Positions 32,066 to 44,211 of a stretch of DNA of 64,000 nucleotides are shown here, in pieces (positions within the stretch are counted from its first letter, which is position 1; the number at the start of each line of letters is the position of its first letter). The notes below the pieces were generated by a model. That model worked only from the letters and a program-made list of their open reading frames with translations. It had not been told where the DNA came from and made no database searches. The stretch spans positions 480,001 to 544,000 of the forward strand of contig CAWJPJ010000006.1 in the NCBI GenBank assembly GCA_963844715.1. The letters are read 5' to 3'. A program made the position numbers and the translations under genes. Source of the DNA: an uncultured Phycisphaerales bacterium (GTDB taxonomy: Bacteria > Planctomycetota > Phycisphaerae > Tepidisphaerales > Tepidisphaeraceae).

Positions 32066-32827
32066 ATGCTCCTCTCCGTCCGAAATCTAACCGTCTCCTA
32101 CGGCGCGATCACCGCCCTCCAGGATGTCTCGGCCGATATCGAGCGCGGCGAGATCGTCACCCTCATCGGCGCAAACGGGGCCGGCAAAACCACTCTCCTC
32201 CGCACCATCAGCGGACTCCTGAAGCCTTCTTCCGGCAGCATCGCCTGGAACCCCCCTACCCAAACGCCCGGCGAGCCGGAGAACCTGCTGCACTACCACG
32301 TCCCCGATGCCGAACTGGTCGGTCTACGTCCCGACAAAATCGTGAGGCTCGGAATCAGCCACGTCCCTGAAGGCCGCCAAATCTTCGCGAATCTCACCGT
32401 CCATGACAATCTTCTCCTCGGCGCTTTCCAACGTCGCCAAAAAAAGGAAATCCAAGCCGGACTGGAGAAATGCTTCGCTTTCTTTCCGGTACTCGCCGAG
32501 CGAAAACACCAGCGCGGCGGCACACTCAGCGGCGGCGAACAACAAATGCTCGCCATCGCCCGCGCCCTCATGGCCCAGCCAAAACTGCTCCTCCTGGACG
32601 AACCGTCGCTAGGTCTGGCCCCCATTTTCGTCCAAAAGATCTTCCAGATCATCCAGCAGATCAACAAAGAAGGCGCAACCGTATTCCTGGTCGAACAAAA
32701 CGCCCACATGGCCCTGACGATCGCACACCGGGCCTACGTGCTCCAAACCGGAAAGATTATTCTGGCCGATCAAGCCGCGCGGTTGCTCGAAAACCCCGAG
32801 GTGAAACGAGCTTATTTGGGAGGATAA
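32066..32827 (+). CDS. livF: Branched-chain amino acid ABC ATPase
   Basis: GANGAGKTT, VPEGRQIF, LSGGEQQMLA, DEPSLGLAP. Confidence 0.93.
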   Translation: MLLSVRNLTVSYGAITALQDVSADIERGEIVTLIGANGAGKTTLLRTISGLLKPSSGSIAWNPPTQTPGEPENLLHYHVPDAELVGLRPDKIVRLGISHVPEGRQIFANLTVHDNLLLGAFQRRQKKEIQAGLEKCFAFFPVLAERKHQRGGTLSGGEQQMLAIARALMAQPKLLLLDEPSLGLAPIFVQKIFQIIQQINKEGATVFLVEQNAHMALTIAHRAYVLQTGKIILADQAARLLENPEVKRAYLGG

Positions 32828-32828
32828 A

Positions 32829-32897
32829 GAGAATGATGAGTGATGATTGCTGAATGATGATTTAAACTCAGCATTCAGCATTCATCAATCAGCATTT
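32829..32897. repeat. 7-bp-period repeats in inverted arrangement
   Basis: AATGATGAGTGATGATTGCTGAATGATGA ... TCAGCATTCAGCATTCATCAATCAGCATT. Confidence 0.75.
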
Positions 32898-32931
32898 TGC
32901 CTCGTCTCCCTCGCGCGTTAACCTATCCCGC

Positions 32932-33315
32932 ATGTCCACCCCTCCCATCTCGTACCAAACTCCCTTCGCCCACATCCCCGTCACCACAACCTTCACGGTC
33001 GACGGCTACCGCATCGTCCGCTATCTCGGCGTCGTGCGCGGACTCATCGTTCGCTCGCCCACCATCGCCCAGGGTTTCCTCGGGGGTCTCAAATCCATCA
33101 TCGGCGGCAACATCGGAGCCTACACGGAGATGTGCGAGCAAACCCGCCAGCAGGCGTTTGAGCTGCTCGTTCAGCACGCCCTATCACTTGGCGCAAACGC
33201 CGTCGTGGGATTCCGATACGATGCTTCGGAAATCGGCGGCGGGCGCGGGGTCTCGGCGACGGAAGTGCTCTGCTACGGAACCGCCGTGGTCATCGCCCCG
33301 CAAAGCAACTCGTAG
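32932..33315 (+). CDS. YbjQ/UPF0145 family protein
   Basis: YLGVVRG, IIGG..AYT, GANAVVGFRYD, YGTAV. Confidence 0.9.
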   Translation: MSTPPISYQTPFAHIPVTTTFTVDGYRIVRYLGVVRGLIVRSPTIAQGFLGGLKSIIGGNIGAYTEMCEQTRQQAFELLVQHALSLGANAVVGFRYDASEIGGGRGVSATEVLCYGTAVVIAPQSNS

Positions 33316-33693
33316 ATGCTGCGCATCCGCAAAACCTTGCAGCGAAGGCTGATCCTGCTCGCGTTCGTCGCCGCCATCGGGTTCGGGTCGCGGCTTTATC
33401 CGATCGGGAACCGCCTCTGGGACAAATCCGCCGGCGACGTCACCTGGGCGGCGGCGATCTATCTGCTCCTCGGGATCATCTTCCCCATCCGCCGCCCGGT
33501 CACTCTCGCCGTGGCGGCCTCCGCGATCGCCGTCGCCGTCGAGTTCTTCAAACTGACCGATCTGCCCGCGCATTGGGTTCACTGGGCGATCAGCCGACTG
33601 ATTTTCGGAACCACTTTCTCATGGGAAAACCTGGCGTGCTACGCGGTGGGAATCACGGGGATCGCCTTCATTGATACTTTTTGGCGCAAATGA
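33316..33693 (+). CDS. DUF2809-like membrane protein
   Basis: GD.TWA, VEFFKL, LIFGTTFSW.NL..YAVG. Confidence 0.75.
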   Translation: MLRIRKTLQRRLILLAFVAAIGFGSRLYPIGNRLWDKSAGDVTWAAAIYLLLGIIFPIRRPVTLAVAASAIAVAVEFFKLTDLPAHWVHWAISRLIFGTTFSWENLACYAVGITGIAFIDTFWRK

Positions 33694-33718
33694 ATCGCGT
33701 CGGCCGGCGTGACGAATC

Positions 33719-34015
33719 TTACGTCATCGCCGCGGCCCGTTTTTCGATCCTTGGATCCGCATCCGGAGTGGTGTGCAAATCGTAATAGTTTTGCAAATTC
33801 AGCCAAAGTTCCGGGCTCGTTCCCAGCGCCAAACCAATGGCCTTGGTGGTTTCGCCGGTGATGCTCTTTTTGTTATTGACGATCTCATTCACCGCTTGAA
33901 GCGGCCGGCCAATGATCTTCGCAAAGTCAACTTGTGACCATCCCCGAGATTCGATTTCATCGCGAAGATAATCGCCGGGAGGAAACACTTCCGCGGGTTT
34001 GAATTTCCGGTTCAT
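33719..34015 (-). CDS. higA: HigA-family antitoxin (HTH), no adjacent toxin
   Basis: PPGDYLRDE, WSQVDFA, SPELWLNLQ..YDL. Confidence 0.85.
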   Translation of the reverse strand: MNRKFKPAEVFPPGDYLRDEIESRGWSQVDFAKIIGRPLQAVNEIVNNKKSITGETTKAIGLALGTSPELWLNLQNYYDLHTTPDADPRIEKRAAAMT

Positions 34016-34049
34016 GACGACTCCGAATCGATTTCGACCCACGGACGCC

Positions 34050-34090
34050 GCCCCTCACCCTTACCCTCTCCCCGAGTACAGGGAGAGGGG
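34050..34090. repeat. REP-like palindrome, single arm
   Basis: GCCCCTCACCCTTACCCTCTCCCCGAGTACAGGGAGAGGGG. Confidence 0.8.
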
Positions 34091-34109
34091 ATAAGTCGGG
34101 ATCGCTCGG

Positions 34110-35495
34110 TCAGTGCCCGTGCGCCGGCTCCCCCAAGTATTTCTTCACCTCGGCATACTTCTCATCCAGCATCGCCTTTGTTTTCGCCTCCAGATTCAAT
34201 CGCAATAGCGGCTCGGTATTACTCTTCCGCACATTGAACCACCACTCCCCCGCATCGACGGTTATGCCGTCGAGATAATCGACATGCATTTTCTTGTACG
34301 CATCGGCCAATTCCCGAATCTTGCCTTCCTTGTCCTCCACCTGGAAATTGATCTCCCCGCTTTGGCTGTAACGATTCAAAGGCGCAACCAACTCGCTCAA
34401 AGTCCCGCGCTGCGATGAAAGCACCGATAACACCCGCGCAAAGGCGATCGCCCCGCTATCGGCATAAAAATTGTCCCGGAAATAAAAATGCCCCGAAAGT
34501 TCCCCGCCAAAGACAGCCTTGGTGTCGGCCAGCGTTTTTTTCAGAAATGCGTGCCCAACACGATCCCGCCGAGGAACTCCGCCTGCTGCCTTCACCTCAT
34601 CTGCCACGACATGACTCGAGCGCAAATCGTAAACGATCGTCGAACCCTTGTTCTCCGGCTTCTTGAGAAAATCCTTCGCCAATAGCGCGGTAATGATGTC
34701 GCAGCCAATCGTGCTCCCCTTCTCATCGACGAAAATGCATCGATCCGCGTCCCCGTCAAAGCAAACGCCCAGATCGCACTTTTGGCCCGCCATCTTTTGC
34801 TTCAATTTCGCCAGGTTCGCTTCCACGAGCGGGTTCGGGTCGTGGACAAAACTGCCGGTGATCTCGAACAGCAATGGCACGATCTGCAGATTGGGCAACC
34901 CCTCAAAAATCGCCGGCACCATCTTCCCCGCCATCCCATTGCTCGCATCAATGACCACCTTCACCGGCCTCTTTAAATCGAGAAATTGCAATACGTGCTT
35001 CTTGTAGTCGCTCCACAAGTCTTGCTGCGTGACCTTTCCCTCGAGCCCCGTCTGCCCCGGCCGCAGCAGCGACGCGATGCGCTTGATGTCATCCAACCCG
35101 CTCGCAGCCCCAATCGGCTTGGCCTTGGGGCCGGAAATCTTGAATCCGTTGTATTGAATGGGATTATGCGAAGCGGTTGTCTGAATGCCTCCCACCGCAT
35201 CCAAGTGATTGATCGCAAAATAGATCATCGACGTATCGATCATGCCGATATCGACGACGTTCATCCCCGTGCTGCGCAGCCCCTCGATAAGCGCCTTAGC
35301 CAGCGACGGCGAACTCGGCCGCATGTCGCGACCCACAACCATCGTATCTTCCAGCTTCACCTTCTCAGCGGCATTTTGACGGCTTCGTTTCAGATATTGC
35401 CCCGTCGCGTGTCCGATTTTCCACGCGCCGTCCTCGTTCAGCGGCGTCGGATAGGTCGCGCGCACGTCGTACGCCTTGAATAGCTTGTCGATCAT
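34110..35495 (-). CDS. Phosphomannomutase/phosphoglucomutase
   Basis: FKAYDVR, TASHNP..YNGFK, FDGDADR, GGELSGHFYF. Confidence 0.93.
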   Translation of the reverse strand: MIDKLFKAYDVRATYPTPLNEDGAWKIGHATGQYLKRSRQNAAEKVKLEDTMVVGRDMRPSSPSLAKALIEGLRSTGMNVVDIGMIDTSMIYFAINHLDAVGGIQTTASHNPIQYNGFKISGPKAKPIGAASGLDDIKRIASLLRPGQTGLEGKVTQQDLWSDYKKHVLQFLDLKRPVKVVIDASNGMAGKMVPAIFEGLPNLQIVPLLFEITGSFVHDPNPLVEANLAKLKQKMAGQKCDLGVCFDGDADRCIFVDEKGSTIGCDIITALLAKDFLKKPENKGSTIVYDLRSSHVVADEVKAAGGVPRRDRVGHAFLKKTLADTKAVFGGELSGHFYFRDNFYADSGAIAFARVLSVLSSQRGTLSELVAPLNRYSQSGEINFQVEDKEGKIRELADAYKKMHVDYLDGITVDAGEWWFNVRKSNTEPLLRLNLEAKTKAMLDEKYAEVKKYLGEPAHGH

Positions 35496-35541
35496 GGTCG
35501 AAAGTTTAGCGGTAGCCCCGATGCCCGGCAACGAATCAGAG

Positions 35542-36917
35542 TCAATGCACTCCCCGAAGCCGCGCCAGCCGCTCGTACAACGCCGCCGCCGTTCGCGTGC
35601 CGCAGTGCAGCGCGTCGAGATCGAATTTCTCATTCGGCGAATGCACCCGATCATCCGGAAGCCCGAAGCCGAGCAGGAGCGTGTCGATCCCGAGCACGGA
35701 CTTGAACATTTCCACGACGGGAATGCTCCCTCCGCCGCGGATGAGCGCCGGTGCTTTCCGAATCCCACTTCAACCGCCTCCGACGCCAACTCCATCGCCG
35801 GCGAATGCATCGGCACCAGCGCCGCGGGAGTATAACTGTGGCAGCTCACCTCCACGCTCGCATATTTCGGGCACCGCTCCTTAATGGTCTTGATGAATGC
35901 ATCCCGAATCTTGATCGGGTCCTGCTTTGGGACCAGGCGCATCGAGACTTTCGCCGACGCCTTTGCCGGGATCACCGTCTTCGCCCCGGGGCCCTGATAC
36001 CCGGCCGTAATCCCGTTGATATCACACGTCGGCCGCGCCCAGCACTGCTCCAGCGGAGTATAGCCCTTTTCCCCAAACAGCCCCGCCGCCTTTACTTCGT
36101 CGGCATACTTCTTCTCATCGAACGGCAATCCCTTCCACATTTTCCGCTCCTCATCCGACACCGGCAGCACATCATCATAAAACCCCGGAATTATGACCCG
36201 CCCGTCCTTATCGTGGAGCGTGGCCAGAATCTCGCTCAGCACATTCGCCGCATTCGGAACCGAACCGCCGTACAACCCACTGTGCAAATCGTGCCCCGCT
36301 CCGGTAACGGTTAATTCCATATACACCAGTCCGCGGAGTCCGTAGGTAATCGCCGGCACCCCCGGCGCAAACTGATTCGTATCGCTCACCACGGCGATGT
36401 CCGCCTGCAATTCCTTCTTATGCTTATGTACAAAATCCGCCAGGTTCTCTGATCCAATCTCCTCTTCCCCCTCGATGAGCAACGTCACATTCAGGGGCAC
36501 TCCTCCATTCGCCTGCCAGGCCAGAAGCGCCTCGATATGCGCCCACACCTGCCCCTTGTCATCCGCCGCCCCGCGCGCGTAAATCGCTCCGCCGCGAATC
36601 GTCGGCTCAAACGCCGGCGTCTTCCAAAGTTCCAGCGGCTCAGGGGGCTGCACATCGTAATGCCCATAAAACAGAACCGTCGTGCGCCCCTCGACATGTT
36701 TATTCTTGGCCAGAACCACCGGATGCCCGCGCGTCGGCACCACCTTCACATCGAAACTGGCCACCTTCAGCCAATCCGAGATCCACTGCGCACACCGCTG
36801 CATGTCCTCCTTATGCCCAGGCTGCGTGCTGACGCTCGGAATCGACAGCAATTCCTTCAGCGTCTCCACCGACCGGGACTTATTGGCTTCGATCGTTTCT
36901 AATACTTTGGCAAGCAT
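35542..36917 (-). CDS. M20 family dipeptidase (frameshift near 35750)
   Basis: YGHYDVQP, ARGAADDKGQ, EGEEEIGS, DLHSG; other frame GGSIP..HSPNEKF. Confidence 0.92.
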
Positions 36918-37016
36918 AAAGATTAGATTAACCGCGCGGCAACGCCCGAACAAACGTAGGCCGGTCGCACGCCGAATGTTATGATCTCTCCCACCGCTTC
37001 CGTCAAAGGAAATTCT

Positions 37017-39386
37017 ATGGATTCGCCTCTCACCTCGGAACTCCTCAATAAAATGGACGCCTATTGGCGTGCCGCCAATTATCTTTCCGTTGGGCAAATC
37101 TATCTGTGGGACAACCCGCTATTGCGCACGCCCCTTAAACCCGGCGACATTAAGCCCATGCTCCTCGGCCACTGGGGCACCACGCCGGGCCAGAATTTTA
37201 TCTACGTGCATCTCAACCGCATCATCAACATCTTCGACCTCAACATGATTTACGTCGCCGGCCCCGGTCACGGCGGCCCGGCGCTCGTCGGCAACACCTA
37301 CCTCGAAGGCACCTACAGCGAAATCTATACCAACATCACGCAGGACGAAGCCGGGCTCAAAAAGCTTTTCACCCAATTCTCCTTCCCCGGCGGAATCCCC
37401 AGCCATGTCTCCCCCGAATGCCCCGGTTCCATCCACGAGGGAGGCGAACTCGGCTACTCCCTCAGCCATTCCATCGGCGCCGTTTTGGACAACCCCGATC
37501 TCGTCGTCGCCTGCATCATCGGCGACGGCGAAGCCGAAACCGGCCCGCTCGCCACCGCCTGGCAGTCCAACAAATTCCTAAACGCCGCCACCGACGGAGC
37601 CGTCCTCCCCATCCTACATCTCAACGGCTACAAGATCGCCAATCCCACGGTTCTCGCCCGCATCCCCCGCGCAGAACTCCAAAAATTCCTGGAAGGGTGC
37701 GGCTGGACTCCCATTTTCGTTGAAGGCCACGAACCAGCGAAGATGCACCAAGCCATGGCCGCCGCGCTGGACACGGCCATCCAACAAATCAAACACATTC
37801 AACTCGATGTGCGCAAGCGAAAAATCACCCTCCGGCCGGCGTGGCCCGTCGTCGTCCTCATCAGCCCCAAGGGATGGACCGGCCCCAAGGAAGTAAATGG
37901 CCTCCCCGTCGAAGGGACATTCCGCGCCCATCAAGTCCCCATCACAGACCCGGCAACCAATCCCCATCATCTGGCCCAACTCGAGCGCTGGCTGAAAAGC
38001 TACAAACCCGAGGAGCTGTTCGACGAGAACGGAAAATTCAATAAAGAATTGGCCGACCTCGCCCCCAAAGGCGAGCGCCGCATGGGCGCGCAACCCGCAC
38101 GCCAATGGCGGCATCCTGCCTGCGCGATCCCGCATGCCCGATTTCCGCGACTACGCCGTCAAAATCCCCTCCCCCGGCGCCGTCGATTCCGAAGACACTC
38201 GCGTTTTAGGAACTTTCATCCGTGATGTCATAAAATTAAACCAGGACCAGCGCAACTTCCGCGTCTTCGGCCCGGACGAAACGATTTCCAACAAACTCAC
38301 CGCCGTCTTCGAAGTCACCCCGCGCCAATGGGAAGGCAAGATGATCAAGATCGACGAATACCTCGCCCACGACGGCCGCGTTCTCGAAGTCCTCAGCGAA
38401 CACCAATGCGAAGGGTGGCTCGAAGGGTATCTCCTCACCGGCCGCCACGGCCTGTTCAACTGCTACGAAGCCTTCATCCACATTGTCGATTCCATGTTCA
38501 ATCAGCACGCCAAGTGGCTCAAGGTGACGCTTGGACTCCCTTGCGCAGAAAAATCGCCTCCCTCAATTACCTCCTCTCCTCCCACGTCTGGCGGCAAGAC
38601 CACAACGGCTTCACCCACCAGGACCCCGGCTTCATCGACCTCGTGGTGAATAAGAAAGCCGAAGTCATCCGCGTCTATCTGCCGCCCGATTCCAACTGCC
38701 TGCTTTCGGTGATGGATCACTGCCTGCGCAGCCGGCACTATGTGAACGTCGTCGTCGCCGGCAAACACCCCGCGCCTCAGTGGCTGAGCATGGAAGCGGC
38801 GATCGAGCACTGCTCGCAAGGCATCGGCATCTGGGAATGGGCCAGCAACGACAAGGGGTCGGAGCCGGACCTGATCATGGCCTGCGCAGGCGATGTCCCC
38901 ACGCTGGAAATCCTCGCCGCCGTCTCGATCTTGCGCAAAAATCTCCCGGAACTCAAAATCCGCGTCGTCAATGTCGTCGACCTGATGAAACTCCAGCCCG
39001 CCACCGAGCATCCCCACGGCCTGACCGACAAGGATTTCGATTCTCTCTTCACGACGGGCAAGCCGATCATCTTCGCTTTCCACGCCTACCCTTGGTTGAT
39101 TCACCGCCTCACCTACCGCCGCACCAATCACGACAACCTCCACGTTCGCGGCTACAAAGAGGAAGGCACCATCACCACCCCCTTCGATATGACCGTCCTC
39201 AACGACATGGACCGTTTCCATCTCGTCCAGGACGCCATCGACCGCCTGCCGCAACTAAAGGGAAAGGGCGATTACCTGAAACAGGAAATGCAAGACAAGC
39301 TGGTTCAGCATAAGCAATATATCTATAAAGAGGGGCGTGATATGCCGGAGGTGAGAGATTGGAAATGGAATTCGAGCGGAACGTAA
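37017..39386 (+). CDS. xfp: Phosphoketolase (two frameshifts)
   Basis: [52 protein letters not shown]. Confidence 0.95.
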
Positions 39387-39432
39387 CGACGCGAGTGTCA
39401 GACCAATCGGATAGTTCCAGGCGGCGGCAACT

Positions 39433-41172
39433 ATGGGCGTGATTCTCCAAGCATTCTTTAAAGCCGATCAAAAGGGCGTTCCTTCCCCCACCGACGGAAA
39501 TTCTGCCATCCCCTGGTGGTGGGATCATCTGGCCCGCCAAGCGCAAACGTTTCGCGCCGCGGGTTTCACCGCGATCTGGCTCCCGCCCTGCTGGAAAGGA
39601 GCGGCCGGGCGCAATCCCTCGGCTACGACCTTTTCGACGATTACGACCTTGGTTCGAAAGACCAGAAAGGTTCGATTCCAACCCGATACGGCTCGCGCGA
39701 GCAGCTCCAGCGATGCGTCGCCATGATGCGCGCCAATGGCCTGGACGTTTATCTAGACCTGGTTGAAAACCAGCCGCAATGGCGGTAGTGGACCCGGCGA
39801 ATTCACCTTCCGTTACAAAGACGCCTTCGGCAATCCCACCGGCGGCCGATTCGAAAAAGACCCGCCCGATTTCCATTTCAACGTCCCCGAAGACCCCGGC
39901 GTCTTCGGATACCCAAACACCAAGGAAATGACCTTCGGCCCCGACCTGGCGCCCATCAACGGCCAGCCTTACCACCACATCTTTGACGGCTTGATCGACA
40001 GCGCTGATTGGGTCACCCGAGCGCTCGACGTCCAGGGCTATCGCATCGATGACGTCAAAGGCATTTCCACGTACTTTCTTCTCGCATTTCTGAACAGCAA
40101 GTCGATGGACGGTAAATTCGCGGTCGGGGAATTCTTTGACGGAAATGAAGACCTGCTTCGGCAATGGGTCTTGGACCCGCGCGGCATGCGCAGGCGCGCC
40201 AGCGCCTTCGATTTTCCATTACGATACCTGCTGACGGCCATGTGCAACCAGCCGGGGCACTTCAACATGGCGCTGCTCGACCACGGCGGTCTGGCGGGGA
40301 CCGATCCGATGTCGGCCGTCACGTTCGTCGAGAATCACGACACCGACACCAGCCCATCCCTCGCCCCCATCGTCGAGAACAAAGCCTTGGCTTACGCGTA
40401 CATCCTCACCTCTGAAGGCTACCCCTGCGTTTTTTACCGCGACTACAGCTCCGACCCGGGCTGCTATAACCTCAAGCCTCAGATCGATAACCTCGTCTGG
40501 ATCCACGAGAACCTGGCGTTCGGTCCGACTCAGCAGAGATGGAAAGACCTGGACGTCTTCGCCTACGAGCGCCTCGGCGGCCCGCATCTCCTGGTCGGCC
40601 TCAACAACGATCCCGCCACGCCCTACACGATCTCCGTGGATACCGGATTCGGCCCAAACGTTTCGCTGCATGATTACACCGGCCACGCCCCCAACATCGC
40701 CACGGACGGCGCCGGGCGCGCCACCTTCACCATTCCCCGCAATCAAAATGGCGCCGGCTATGTCGCGTTTTCAATAAATGATATCGACGACCCGATTGAG
40801 ATCGAAACAAAACCCGTCACTCAGGTATTTGAGGGCGCCAAAGACCTCGACATCCGCCCGGCGGTCAACGGGCAGACGATCCAGATCTGCCGCGTCTGGT
40901 GCGAAGTGAATACGCCGATCACCGCCAAATTGGATTTCGACGCATCAAGCCTCCCGCCGACGGGTTTGCTCACCCTGCAACTCCTCGATCCAAATCACGC
41001 GATCATTGCAAAGCAAAGTTACCGAAATTCCAACGACCCAAAAACCAACCTTGACGCAAACGCCCCTACGAGAGGATTCTTTACCTTCGAAGTAAGCCTA
41101 TCCGGCGCTCCGGACGGCACTTCGCAGTTGCCTTACGTCCTGACCGTAACGTATCAGGCCGCAAAGTTTTGA
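39433..41172 (+). CDS. GH13 alpha-amylase with C-terminal beta-sandwich (frameshifted)
   Basis: FTAIWLPP, GYD..DDYDLG, GYRIDDVKG, AVGEFFD, TFVENHDTD, GYPCVFY. Confidence 0.9.
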
Positions 41173-41231
41173 CTGAAAAATGTCTGCCGCTCCGTTTTCC
41201 AAATAACCAAAACACCGAAGGAACGCCCCAC

Positions 41232-41942
41232 ATGGAATATTTCCCCCTCGCCTGGCCGTTCCTGCTTCTCTTGGGCATCTTCTTCCTTATCGCCCTGGCG
41301 ATGATCGAATTGGAGGTCCTCACCTTCGCCTACATGCGAATGGGGATTCACCCGCGCTATGTGATGACCATTCTGGTTCTCTCGTTTTTCGGCAGCTACA
41401 TCAATATCCCCGTCGGCAGGCTGCCCCCGGAGCACATCGTCTCCAATTCCGTCGTCGAATTCTTCGGCGTTCAATACGTCGTCCCCACCGTCCGGCAATG
41501 GCCGCAAACGGTCATTGCCGTCAACGTCGGCGGGGCTATCATCCCCACGCTTCTCTCCCTTTACCTGATCGTAAAGAACCAGCTTTATATTCGCAGCGTC
41601 ATCGGCGTGACACTCCTGGCCCTCATCGTGCATCATCTGGCCAAACCCGTGCACGGGATCGGGATCAGCGTCCCGATTTTCGTCCCGCCCCTATGCGCTG
41701 CCGGCATTGCCATGGTTCTCGCCTGGCGGTGCGCCCCGCCGCTGGCGTATATCTGCGGCTGTCTCGGCACGCTCATCGGCGCCGATTTGATGAACCTCGA
41801 TAAAATCCAGGGACTCGGGGCGCCCGTAGCTTCCATCGGCGGCGCCGGAACCTTTGACGGGGTTTTTCTCTGCGGCATCATCGCAGTTCTCCTCCCTCCT
41901 TTCGTCCCGCGATCCGGCCGAAGACGGTATAGTTCCCCATAA
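41232..41942 (+). CDS. DUF1614 family membrane protein
   Basis: GSYINIPV, IAVNVGGAIIP, GTLIGADL, SIGGAGTFDG. Confidence 0.88.
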   Translation: MEYFPLAWPFLLLLGIFFLIALAMIELEVLTFAYMRMGIHPRYVMTILVLSFFGSYINIPVGRLPPEHIVSNSVVEFFGVQYVVPTVRQWPQTVIAVNVGGAIIPTLLSLYLIVKNQLYIRSVIGVTLLALIVHHLAKPVHGIGISVPIFVPPLCAAGIAMVLAWRCAPPLAYICGCLGTLIGADLMNLDKIQGLGAPVASIGGAGTFDGVFLCGIIAVLLPPFVPRSGRRRYSSP

Positions 41943-41947
41943 GCACC

Positions 41948-42552
41948 ATGAGCACTGCCCCTCAATCCCCGTTCATCTATCTTGCCCGCCACGGCGAGAC
42001 CGCCTGGAGCATCTCCGGCCAGCACACCGGCCTCACCGACATTCCCCTGACTGCGCGAGGCGAACGCAACGCCCGGCAACTTGCGATATCTCTCAAAGGC
42101 ATCACCTTCTCGCGCGTCTTCACCAGCCCCCTCCAGCGAGCCAGACAAACCTGCCGCGCTGGCCGGCTTCGCTTCCGTCGCCGAGCCCGACCCCGACCTC
42201 GTCGAATGGAACTACGGCGATTACGAAGGCAAGACCACCGCCCAGATTCACCAAGCTCGCCCCGGCTGGGAAATCTTCCGCGACGGCTCCCCCTACGGCG
42301 AATCCCCCGCCGACATCGGTGCCCGCGCCGATCGCGTCGTCGCAAAACTGCGCACCGCCACCGGCAATGTCCTCCTCTTCTCCCACGGTCATTTTCTGCG
42401 CAGTTCTCGCCGCAAGATGGCTCTCCCTTGAGCCCGCGGCCGGAAAATTATTTCTCCTCGACACCGCCGCACTCAGCATCGTCGGCTATGAGCACGGCGC
42501 GAGCGATTCGGTCATTCGTCTTTGGAATGATTGCCGCCACACGCAAGATTGA
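41948..42552 (+). CDS. Histidine phosphatase (phosphoglycerate mutase family; frameshifted)
   Basis: RHGETAWS..HTG.TD.PL, SPLQRA, EWNYGDYEG, FSHGH, LWND. Confidence 0.9.
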
Positions 42553-42564
42553 AGGAGTTGAATC

Positions 42565-44207
42565 ATGCCCATCAGTCTCCTGGCCGGAAAGCCTGCTACT
42601 CCCGACATGCTCATCGATGTCGCGAAACTCACCCGCGACTATTTCGAACGCGAGCCGGATTTCGCCGACCCCAATCAGCGCGTCATCTTCGGCACCAGCG
42701 GCCACCGAGGCTCCTCCTCGCTCGGAACTTTCAACGAATCCCACATCCTCGCCATCGCCCAGGCCGTCTGCGATTACCGAAAATCCCGCGCAATTGACGG
42801 CCCGGTTATGGTCGCCAAGGACACCCATCTCCTCTCTCGCCCGGCTGAGCGATCCGTCCTGCAGGTCCTCGCCGCCAACGGCGTCGAAGCCCTCATCGCA
42901 AGCAAAGATGGCTTCACCCCCGTCCCCGTCATCTCCCGCGCCATCCTGAATTTCAATCGCAATCGGCGCGAGCATCTGGCCGATGCGCTCATTGCCACGC
43001 CGTCCCACAATCCCCCATCCGATGGCGGCTTAAAATACAACCCCCCCGACGGCGGCCCCGCCGGCGCCGATGTCACCACGTGGATTCAAGACCGCGCCAA
43101 CGCCCTGCTCGAATCCGGCAATCGCGATATCCGCAGAATCCCAATTGAAAAAGCCATCGCCGCCGCAACAACGCACGAAACCGATTTCATCACGCCGTAT
43201 GTGCAAGACCTGAAGCTCGCCATCGACATGGAAGCCATCAAATCCGCCGGCCTCAAGCTTGGCGTCGATCCCCTCGGCGGCGCAGCCCTCTTCTGCTGGG
43301 AACCCATCAATTCCATCTATGGACTGAACATCGAAGTCGTCAACAAAATCGTTGACGTGAGATTTTCATTCATGACCGTCGATTACGACGGCAAGATTCG
43401 CATGGACTGCTCGAGCCCCTATGCCATGGCCAACCTTGTACGCCTCAAGGACCGATTTCAGGTCGCCTTCGGAAACGATCCCGATTCCGATCGCCACGGC
43501 ATAGTCACGCCCTCGGCGGGCCTCATGAATCCCAATCACTATCTCGCCGTCGCCATTCGGTACCTCCTGACACATCGCCCGAACTGGTCGCCTCAATCCG
43601 CGGTCGGCAAGACCCTCGTCTCCAGCAGTATGATCGATCGAGTTGTGGCCGGTTTCGGCCGGAAGCTGGCCGAAGTTCCCGTCGGCTTCAAATGGTTCGC
43701 CGACGGGCTCTTCACCGGAAAAATGTGCTTCGGCGGTGAAGAAAGCGCCGGGGCAAGCTTCCTGCAAATGGACGGCGCCCCTGGACCACCGACAAGGACG
43801 GCCCCGTCATGGATCTCCTTGCCGCCGAACTCACCGCCAAAACCGGCAAAGACCCCGGCCTCCACTATCAGGAATTGACGGCGAAATACGGAACGTCGTA
43901 CTACACGCGCATCGATGCCCCGGCCACCCCGCAGCAAAAAGCCGTGCTCAAGAAGCTCTCCCCCGAAGCCGTCCGCGCCACGGAACTCGCCGGCGAACCG
44001 ATCACCGCCAAGCTCACCCGCGCCCCTGGCAACGACGCCCCCATCGGCGGCCTGAAAGTCGTCACCGCCAGCGCCTGGTTCGCCGCCCGCCCGTCAGGAA
44101 CCGAAAACGTGTACAAAATCTACGCCGAGAGCTTCAAGGACGAGGCCCATCTCGACGCGATCGTGACTGAAGCCCAAAAGATCGTGAACGAGGCCCTCGG
44201 CTCGTAA
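42565..44207 (+). CDS. pgm: Phosphoglucomutase (one frameshift)
   Basis: [43 protein letters not shown]. Confidence 0.95.
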
Positions 44208-44211
44208 ACCC

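Noticed and set aside
34110..37097. 995-aa peptidase-phosphomannomutase fusion ORF
   Set aside because: Artefact of an indel near 35750; the peptidase's true C-terminus (HSPNEKF) is in another frame and stops at 35542, and PMM has its own start at 35495
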